The notes under the pieces are model-generated. The model searched no databases. It was not told the origin of the DNA and saw only the letters and a program-made list of their open reading frames with translations. From the NCBI RefSeq assembly GCF_001194135.2, contig NC_068983.1, positions 12,690,829 through 12,735,161 of the forward strand: a stretch of 44,333 bases of DNA, written 5' to 3'. A program made the translations under genes and the position numbers. This DNA is from Octopus bimaculoides (taxonomy: Eukaryota). The number at the start of each line of letters is the position of its first letter. Positions within the stretch are counted from its first letter, which is position 1. Positions 34,720 to 44,333 of the stretch are shown here, in pieces.

Positions 34720-36088
34720 TTAATAGTGTATCTGTAAGAATAAAAAATCTAGATAGCATTTATTATACAAACTAGTGTTTTATGCAGAAGAACAACAAAA
34801 ACTACATCGTTAGCAACGTGTTTGGCTCCTGGACTTTTGAGAATATAATACTGATTAATTTATCTCTTCTTACAAATTGATTTAATTTACGCATCTAATG
34901 TCTTAGGCGGAAAGTTTTCAAAGTGACAATATTCCATTAACCCCATTAACCCACCGAATATAACGCATATATGACCCTGTTAATTATAATTGGATTTATT
35001 AACTGTAGGTGCTACGAATCCCAAAATTGCGACCTGCACGACTACGAGGTATCTTCGGTAAAGACATGTTTCAGAATACAAATAACACACAAGAAAATGT
35101 AGTCCTAGATACTGTATACAAGAAAAATATATACGGAAAGTTTCCAGCCTCGGTGGGCGTTATTGAAGGTTTTCGTTGTGAGACGCTAACATGGAGAATA
35201 AGATAAAAATATCAATAAAAAAGCTACATCTTAACATCCACACACTTACGTCGAGCCTATACATCGGTTCCGAGCATATTGCGGCCCGCAGGACCTTTTG
35301 GATCGCGCGTGTAACAAATATTTTTTGTTATGTTGGTCAGCTCATATGAGCCATGTCTTAGGCGGCTCACATGAATGATAAACATCCATTTCCCATGCGG
35401 TCTATTTCTAGCAAAAAGCTGGTTTAAAGGTCACGATATGTGAGTGCAAATGCTGTTTAAAACGGTCCTGTATCATACTCGTATATTTTCCTCTGATCTC
35501 TGTTTGTTTCGTTTTATCTGGCGTGATGGTGGCTTCATTCATTATAGATTTCACTTTATGTTCTTGCTGTAGCGTGAAGTCATCGTTTATTCTGCAGGAT
35601 CATTCCAGATTTACTTCAGATTTGATTTTCGAGCTCATGAAAGGTCAAGAAGAACCGCTGATTTTCACCGAATGCCTACTGAATATCATACTATATCTAT
35701 GTTGCCAGGGGGAATGTTATTCAATTAGGTTTAAGAAGTTTCTAATGGCGTTATTCTTCATATTTAGAGAGAAAAGATATGTGAATCAGATAATTCTCCT
35801 AGATCTGTTTTCGTTTTTTTCTCGTGGATCACGGTTAGGCATATATTTAACTTTATGTCTAAATCACTTAGTATCAAGCAATTTATATATGAAGGAGCTG
35901 CTTTATCAGATATTTCTTTAGAAGAAGATAAGCTCGAGATCCAGCAGCTAATATTAAGTACTAGGTTTTTAAGTAACATGGGTGAGCTTCAGGATACTGT
36001 TAAAATGTCATAGATTTTCATTAGATTTATGATACGGTTTATTACCTGTGGCTAAAACTAGGAAAACATACATGAAGTATGTTTTCCT

Positions 36089-36121
36089 AGATAGATAGAT
36101 GGATAGATAGATCGATAGATC

Positions 36122-36169
<48 letters not shown>

Positions 36170-36173
36170 TATA
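36089..36173. repeat. (GATA)n microsatellite
   Basis: Direct observation. Confidence 0.95.
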
Positions 36174-36391
36174 GGCCATTAAGCATGAAATGTCTGATTT
36201 TGAACTGAAGGTTTATCTTACTTTATTTCAACAAAAAGCAATGCAGTTAATCAAAGTATCCATCTAAATTATCACCATAATTGTTTTCCATTTTATCGGT
36301 GGCTTATTCATGCCGGCAGCGAAGAATTCTGGAGAGCAAGAGGTGACGAAATCACGAAAGGCTGTTTTTACAACTTCTTCAGATTTGAATT
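36174..36391 (-). mobile_element. Solo 3'-end fragment (TIR plus ~190 bp) of the mariner family at 37991
   Basis: Colinear with 37991-~38207, roughly 90% identical by eye; preceded by TA. Confidence 0.9.
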
Positions 36392-37709
36392 AGTGTGCTT
36401 AGTATCTGCTGTTATTCTTCGTCCCAATTTGACAAGAGTTTCAATCATAGCTTTGCAGAATTTGCAATTATCGAGATAAACCATCATCACTGTATAGATC
36501 AATGGTTTAAGCGGGGAAGGTTTCCTTAATTGTATAAGGGATAAATAATCCAACGAGGTCTCACACATCAGCGCTGTCGTATGACCTCGTTCAGATATTA
36601 AAGCCGTCACCTCGGTTTTGACTTTTTAAAATCTCATATAGACTTTTTATTAAATAGGGTTTTTTTTCACGTACTTAATAGTGTCGATATTTTGGTTGCT
36701 AATAAGAGCGAAAACTCCGCGCAAAATCTATGGGGTAAACCTAAATATTTATCTAATAAGGGTCTAGTGATTGACGAGTAAAAATCATTTACAACTTATT
36801 GTGTAAACCAGGCCTTATTTTTCTCGGGAATATTATTAAACTAAGCTAACGCAGACGATGTGTTATTTCACAGCAGTAGTTTGGTGTTTTTATTAGTACA
36901 TATATGTATCTCTTTCAGAATCTTCTCTCTGACTAATCCGAATTCTATTTTAGCTGGGCTTATTCATCTAGATGCTAGTCTGTTGTTAAAGTCATGTTTA
37001 TGGTCATTCAGCAAGAAATAAGCATTACTTTTAGATAGTCGTTTCTCATAATCTATCTTTAACGTTTCGGCGATATCTTTAGCTTCATCATTAATTTTTT
37101 TTTATAGGTATGAGTGTTGGCTTTCTGGTATTTATTAGTTGTACTATCATGTAAACTCTGATTGTATCATCAACTTCATATTAAATTTTAGTTTTATCTG
37201 AAAATACGAATATATTTCTAGTGGATATTATTTTCGGCAAGTCGTTTAAAAGTTTTGTTAGGAAATTAGATCTGTACATTCGGAATTTAATGTTGCTGAT
37301 CATATTTATTCGTTCGTCTTGGAATGGGGCCAGATCTTTAACTCTAGGTGGTTACCTAGACGATTTTATTTAACATTCAGCAGCAAAATAAGTATGAGTA
37401 CACTGACGCGGCATATAAAAGCAAGCGTAGGACACACTAACCAACCCACCAACACATTTTCACCTGAATATAACAAGAATTAAGAGGCATGATCAATTCT
37501 GTCCTTTTGGGTCATGTGATCTCAAGTTAATGTCGTAATGTTATTTGAGGTCCCTGAAAGAAATATGTGGTTCGAGGCATTAAATAAATGTCTACAAATA
37601 TGGATTTCAAAACCTAAGTGTGCTGATAGATTATAGTATCAACAATATTCAGCTCTGTTGACGATATAAAAAGCTTTTCTTTCAGTTCTTTCTGCGGAAA
37701 TTTTCCACA

Positions 37710-37990
<281 letters not shown>

Positions 37991-39270
37991 GGCCATTAAG
38001 AATGAAATGTCTAATTTTGAACTGAAAGTTTATCTTAATTTATTTCAACAAAAAGCAATGCAGTTAATCAAAGTATCCATCTAAATTATCACCATAATTT
38101 TCGCCATTTTATCGGTGGCTTTTTTATGCCGGCAGCGAAGAATTCTGGAGAGCAAGAGGTGACGAAATCACGAAATGCTGTTTTTGCATCTTCTTCAGAA
38201 TTGAATTTGTGTCGTTGCAAAAAGTTGTCTAATGCTTGGAAAACGTGATAGTCAGTTGGTGCAATGTCTCGTGAGTCTGGTGGATGACGGAGTACTTCCA
38301 GGTTCGGTTCCTGTAACTTGAGTAGCGTTCTTTGTGCCGCCACATGTGGTTGAGCGTTGTCTTGCAAGAGAATTGGCCTATCTCTGTTGATCAATCTCGG
38401 TTGTTTAATTGCAAGTTCACACATAATTTCATCCAATTTGTCGATTGATGTATCCATCTGCTGTAATTAACTTACCAAGTCACATGAAGCTGTAATGGAT
38501 GACACCGCCGCTGGACCACCAAAATGATACCATTAACATTTTTTGGTGAATATTCTTTTTGGGATTGTAATTTGGCACTTCATTTCTATTCAACCACCGC
38601 GAAGAAAGCTTGTTATTGTTGAAAAGAATGCATTTTTCATCACACGATGATGCAAAAGTGGTTCGCTTTTATGCTGTGACAGCAAAGAATTAAAGAAAAT
38701 TCAAGACGATGTGTCATTAGATGCTCGTTCAGTTCAAGTGGTACTCATTTGTCCAGCTTCTTTACCTCGTCGATTTGTTTCAGATGGACTAATACATCTG
38801 TAATCGAAACATGAAGCCTTGCTATTAAATTACGCGTAGTTTGATATGTATCCGATTCCACTACACTTTCCAGCTCATCATTATCCACCTTGGTGTCAGG
38901 TCTACTAGGGGCTGATTTTCAAGAGTAAAGTCACCAAATCGGAACTTCTCTAACCATCGATATAAAGTGCGCTCATTCGCCACATCTCTACCAAACACCT
39001 AACTGGTGTTTCGAGCTGTCCGGGATGCATTGTTTCCAAGACGGAACTAATATTCATAAACAACACGAATTTTTTATCTATCCATGGATTCACAAAAATT
39101 GATTTACAAGAGATAACTCACAATATAATCAGTCACCGTGCACAGCATTACGAAAAGTGATGATGTACCTCTTCAATGCTGTAAAACAAAGCATGGGCAG
39201 GATAAAACATTAGAGTTAACGATTATCAAACTTGGTGCATAGAAAATCGGACATCTCATTCTTAATGACC
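37991..39270 (-). mobile_element. Full-length (1280 bp) inactive mariner (DD34D) transposon
   Basis: TIRs GGCCATTAAGAATGAAATGTC (37991) and GACATCTCATTCTTAATGACC (to 39270). Transposase relic: YRWLEKFR, K*VPLEL (WVPHEL), CDEK, LLQDNAQPH, DIAPTDYH, with stops and frameshifts. Confidence 0.92.
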
Positions 39271-40119
39271 AGACAGATAAGACAGATAAATGTATGGACA
39301 CCTAGGAAGCTATATAGACAGAAATCACAACGACTGACTTTTGGAAAGGGCCACTATATGTTGCATGATACAACGCTACTGCGTGGCACATTGGTCGAAG
39401 TAGCAGTTAAATCTTTGAGCAGCTAATATATAAACATAAACTAAAGCTATAACATTGCGATAAAACTCCTTGGAACAGGATGAAGTCCAAAATTTATAAA
39501 AGCTAGAAAGTTACTTTCTTTATAACAGGAAAAGCAGTGAATGAGAAATAAAAGGTAGTTCGTAACTCACATATATTTGAAACCTCTTTAAAGAGTGAAT
39601 ACTAATAACAAAATAGAAAAAGATTGAAAATAAAACGATGAGAATGAAAACAAGAATAAATGGAAAAAGAAAATTTAAGAGAGACAGGGAGACGATAAAT
39701 AAGAAACTGAACAAAGGATGCGATGTAACAAGTGCCAAAAAAACAGAAAAAGAGGGAGAGAGAGAGAGAGAGAGAGTGCGAGAGAGAGAAGAAAGCCAGG
39801 ACCATAAAGGGAGGAAAAAAGACCATTAAAGAAGAAGACGAAGAAAAGCAAGCAAAGAATGATTAAGGTAGAATGGTAAGTGCACCAGATTGGAATAGTG
39901 ATGCAATATAGTCCAGAAGATAAGGCAATAATTTACAACAATCGCAGGTTTCTAATAAAGAATTACAGAAATAGAAGAATTATTCCTGAATCGAGATTTA
40001 TGAGCAGATTTTGAAAGAAAGAAAAGAAAAGAAGAAACAGAATGCACATGGAAATGAAGTGTAGAAGAAACTACGACTTTAACTAAGGATAAAGACGAAA
40101 CGCATACACAAACGTGTAT

Positions 40120-40205
40120 GTGTTTGAAGGTGAACATGTATACACATATATATGTATGCATGTATACACACACATATATACATATACATATATATACATA
40201 TATGC

Positions 40206-40244
<39 letters not shown>

Positions 40245-40573
40245 NNNNNNNNNNNNNNNNNNNNNNNNNNNNNNNNNNNNNNNNNNNNNNNNNNNNNNNN
40301 NNNNNNNNNNNNNNNNNNNNNNNNNNNNNNNNNNNNNNNNNNNNNNNNNNNNNNNNNNNNNNNNNNNNNNNNNNNNNNNNNNNNNNNNNNNNNNNNNNNN
40401 NNNNNNNNNNNNNNNNNNNNNNNNNNNNNNNNNNNNNNNNNNNNNNNNNNNNNNNNNNNNNNNNNNNNNNNNNNNNNNNNNNNNNNNNNNNNNNNNNNNN
40501 NNNNNNNNNNNNNNNNNNNNNNNNNNNNNNNNNNNNNNNNNNNNNNNNNNNNNNNNNNNNNNNNNNNNNNNNN

Positions 40574-40607
<34 letters not shown>

Positions 40608-40610
40608 GGG
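40120..40610. repeat. (TA)n/(CATA)n and (GA)n tracts around gap 40245-40573
   Basis: Direct observation. Confidence 0.95.
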
Positions 40611-41956
40611 AGAGTGGGGAGAGGCAATGAGAGAAGGTGATAATAAATAATAATATGGACCAGTTAAACAAATTTAAATATTATACATCCAATCACCGAG
40701 GATTTCGTGATGTTATTGAAATTTTACAACCACATTCACAAATATGACTGCAATATCACTCGCTAGCTGTATGGCTAAGCGGGTATAGCGCATCTTCGTC
40801 CTTACCTTAGAAATGCTTCTCTGTTTTATTAATGAAGGAGTCTTTGTGTGATTTTAATGAATGAACCCCGTCATCTATTGGTCTCTAATTTAGCTTTGGT
40901 TAGCCCTTACTTAATATGCACTTATTTATCGAAACTAGTTTTATTGGAACTAAGACAGTAAGATTCTTTAGCAGCGGTAACGTACTTGAAATTGCAGTCA
41001 AATTACTCCTAATGCTTTTCTTAGATCATCGTTTAAAAACTAAAGAGACCATTTGTGACAAAGTACAAAACCTCGCCAACAATAGTTACAAACATTGTTC
41101 TCCACAAATAGGTCCCAGATTGGGGTGCATATAAGGGATTACGATACTTTACGACTTTCTTTTGGATTTAGTTAACACTGCTACATTTTTTTTGTGTTAA
41201 TATCAATGATACGTTTATAATTCATATGTTCATGCTTTTGCAAATTGGTAAAATTTATAGAAAGGATAAATTCAAATTTCCTTGCCACATTATAGAATTT
41301 TATGATGCATTTTGCATTCTTAATGTTCAATATTGTAAAAATATTTCATAGAGTCACTATACGTACTTTGAATTTAACATAAAAAGCTTAAGATAGTAAC
41401 GTACCGATGCAGTTAATAAACGTATTATAAGTAGATGTAATCTATGTAAAATGAAGACAAACTATTGACGTAAAATTTCATGAATACTAACTTCCCGCTG
41501 AAATTTAATTGCATTATTAATACATTATTTCGAACCAAAATTATCTCTTCTAAATTTCATTAGCAAAAGGTTAGTGGAATAGAGGAAATCGTTTGTGACG
41601 TTGATAAATTCACTTTACATGCAAAAGAAAATAATAATAATAATCCGGACCACATTCTCATAAAATTCATTTGCCACTCTCTCCATCTAACATATTCCGA
41701 TACTTGTGATGGATCACCTTCTAGCATTAAACGTTGGTTCCACAGATCAACGTTGCTGACAGAATGTTACAGCGTAAGGTATAACTTGATGAACGTTTAT
41801 GAGAAGCAGATAAGTAGTAATTACTATTTCAGCTACAGGATGGTTAGCAAGAAGTATCTAGGCTACGAAAACTGCCAGCTAGTAACATAACTAATATCGT
41901 TAGTCAACAGAGAGCTTACGAAGTATTTTTCCCAGATTTATAATCCTTCACTATTT

Positions 41957-42000
<44 letters not shown>

Positions 42001-42059
42001 AATATATAATAATAACTATAATTTTATATTTAATAATATATGCTCCATTTAATCTGACT

Positions 42060-42368
42060 AAACCTAAACAATCGACCGAAAACAGATAGGAGGAACGACT
42101 GGGAAAGGAACATGACACCAATGCTTACATGGCACCGTGCACACCCAATTCAGCCACATAGCCTACCCATTAATTTCAGCCATTTTTAATGTATAGATAA
42201 TTTTAGTCTAGTATATATATATTTATAAATTTGTAAACAACCTGAACGCTGAAATTGATGGGTAGGCTATGTGCTGGAATTGGCTGCGTACGGAACCATG
42301 TAAGCATTGATGTCACGTTCAGTTCCTAGTGGTTCGGCCCATCTTTTTTCGGTCAGTTGTTTAGGTTT
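42060..42368. repeat. Foldback element with ~120-bp imperfect inverted arms (42060-42180, 42248-42368)
   Basis: The arms align as reverse complements at roughly 80-85% by eye, around a 67-bp AT-rich spacer. Confidence 0.85.
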
Positions 42369-42499
42369 TCTCGCTTTAAACGAAGCATATATTAATAAAT
42401 AGTATATAATCATAGTTATCATTATGTGTGTCGCTCTACCCCGTAATTTACAGCCTTTGGGTTTGTTTACAACTTTATATATGTATAATTTTATTCTTT

Positions 42500-42667
42500 C
42501 ATTTGTTTCAGCCATTTCAATTCAGCCATGCTGGTGAACCTCCTAAACGAATTTTAGTTTGAACGAATGAAGGAAAGGAGTTATTTTAAAAACTGGTACT
42601 TATTCAATCAGTCGCTCTTTTTATTATAACAACTCCGTTTGTCAAGCGGTGTTGATAGGCAAAGACA

Positions 42668-42705
<38 letters not shown>

Positions 42706-42860
42706 TAAGACGAGCTTGTACGAGTTGCCGTACTTCCACATGTCTTTTTTTCTGCCTGCGGCTATAGTAGCAGAGACATGTTCCAGGTGCGTCACAGTGG
42801 GACCGAGCGCGGAACCATGTGATTGGGAAACAAACTTACAACCATACAGCCATACATGTG
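42500..42860 (-). mobile_element. Degenerate SINE family 2 with internal (TG)n
   Basis: catggttccgcgctcggtcccactg...ctactatagcc...(TG)n...gattgaataagtaccag. Confidence 0.7.
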
Positions 42861-42879
42861 CCCTATATTAATATACCAG

Positions 42880-43165
42880 CTGGCTGTTCTGTCGGTTGCG
42901 GCGATGAATGTTCCAGTTCATTCGACTAACGGAACAACCTACTCGGGAAATATACTTGCAAGTGGCTGAATACTCCACAGACGCGCATTAAATTAACATG
43001 CAGAATCAGCGAGATGCGTCAAATGTGTCAAGACTGAACTAATTCTTGATATCTAAGCGGACTGGAGGAATGTGAAATAAGGTGCCTTGCTCAAATACCA
43101 GCGGGAATCGAACGCTTGACCTTACGATCATGAGGCGAAAGTACTAACTACCAAGCCCCGCAACT
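42880..43165 (-). mobile_element. Another tRNA-headed SINE (family 4)
   Basis: Reverse complement: ggggcttggtagttagtactttcgcc...GCGTTCGATTCCC (B box)...ttgagcaaggcaccttatttcac. Confidence 0.6.
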
Positions 43166-43189
43166 AGACACACGAGACACACACTCACG

Positions 43190-43800
43190 CATATATATAT
43201 ANNNNNNNNNNNNNNNNNNNNNNNNNNNNNNNNNNNNNNNNNNNNNNNNNNNNNNNNNNNNNNNNNNNNNNNNNNNNNNNNNNNNNNNNNNNNNNNNNNN
43301 NNNNNNNNNNNNNNNNNNNNNNNNNNNNNNNNNNNNNNNNNNNNNNNNNNNNNNNNNNNNNNNNNNNNNNNNNNNNNNNNNNNNNNNNNNNNNNNNNNNN
43401 NNNNNNNNNNNNNNNNNNNNNNNNNNNNNNNNNNNNNNNNNNNNNNNNNNNNNNNNNNNNNNNNNNNNNNNNNNNNNNNNNNNNNNNNNNNNNNNNNNNN
43501 NNNNNNNNNNNNNNNNNNNNNNNNNNNNNNNNNNNNNNNNNNNNNNNNNNNNNNNNNNNNNNNNNNNNNNNNNNNNNNNNNNNNNNNNNNNNNNNNNNNN
43601 NNNNNNNNNNNNNNNNNNNNNNNNNNNNNNNNNNNNNNNNNNNNNNNNNNNNNNNNNNNNNNNNNNNNNNNNNNNNNNNNNNNNNNNNNNNNNNNNNNNN
43701 NNNNNNNNNNNNNNNNNNNNNNNNNNNNNNNNNNNNNNNNNNNNNNNNNNNNNNNNNNNNNNNNNNNNNNNNNATATATATATATATATATATATATATA
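43190..43800. repeat. (TA)n flanking N-gap 43202-43773
   Basis: Direct observation. Confidence 0.95.
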
Positions 43801-44333
43801 ATTCTTATGACGTCAATAATATATGTACGTGTATGAATACACGTACACTCGCTCACACATACACACACCAACATACCCACACATATAATTGTAAATTAAT
43901 TAAAACCAGTGCGTATGTGATTAAGTTATATAGAGACACTTTCATGTGTGCATATAATAAATATGTAACGCCTAATTTTTCTACTTAATTAAACTGTGAT
44001 GCCAAAAAGTAAACAGAGATAAGCATATTTGTATCTTCGACTTTGGCACATCATTGAATTTTTGATCAGACACTATAAATTATTATCAGACGCTCTCTCA
44101 CTTCCAAAACATTGGATTAAAGTAAAATCACAAGATAAGTGTGTAACTGGTTCAATTGTATTTCACTCGTTTTCTAGTATGAGATCTGTGGAATAAAAGT
44201 GAAATGGAGTATAGTTGTACAGCTAGGTAACATGTATTAAAATTAGACATATATGCGCACATTCCTTTACAAGAAAATGCATACATACATGCATAGAAGA
44301 ATATGTGCATGCATATATATATATATATATATA

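Larger units (their letters stand above)
35320..37400 (-). mobile_element. Decayed Penelope-like retroelement, RT plus C-terminal GIY-YIG, interrupted at ~36060-36391
   Basis: Motifs in order: FVFSDKT; KINDEAK..LNDHKHDFNN...SPAKIEFG; SYDSADV*DLVGLF; LYSDDGL (YxDD); KPYHKSN; KEISDKAAPSY; RRII*F; SIMNEAT...KYTSM...FKQHLHSH. Many stops and frameshifts. Confidence 0.85.

Noticed and set aside
35523-35921. 132-aa plus-strand ORF with apparent splice sites
   Set aside because: It is the antisense shadow of the Penelope-like ORF on the minus strand.
36430-36520. HHHCIDQWFK looked like a RING-H2 fragment
   Set aside because: It is the antisense of the PLE RT YxDD region; the other RING ligands are absent.
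36555-36575. TGA at the Cys position of the PLE EVCELVG motif (selenocysteine idea, as in some Naiad PLEs)
   Set aside because: Other stops in the same relic replace Leu and Trp, the element has a C-terminal endonuclease (not the Naiad order), and TGT>TGA is a one-step decay.

Overview
AT-rich, microsatellite-dense eukaryotic genomic DNA with 12 N-gaps. The repeat content (tRNA-derived SINEs, (TA)n/(TATG)n/(GATA)n/(GA)n tracts) suggests an octopus or other cephalopod assembly; this is inference. No protein-coding gene can be called confidently. Almost all supplied ORFs are translations of microsatellites, gaps or SINEs. The supportable content is a transposon graveyard: at least 4 SINE families, a full-length decayed mariner with both TIRs, relics of Tc1, maT, irritans-type mariner and rosa-like elements, a Tigger-like MITE, an L1/Tx1 RT fragment and two different Penelope-like retroelements. 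The most interesting item is a tRNA-headed SINE, present in two copies, whose 3' half contains a minimal Penelope-type hammerhead ribozyme (CUGANGA...GAAACGUH); one copy shows a twin-priming-like inversion. Other notable structures: an interleaved pair of near-identical inverted repeats (A-B-A'-B', 17985-19078), a ~120-bp-arm foldback element, a SINE dimer inside a single TSD, an in-frame LINE/Tc1 chimera, and a weakly supported chain of minus-strand exon candidates ending at 7078-6836.
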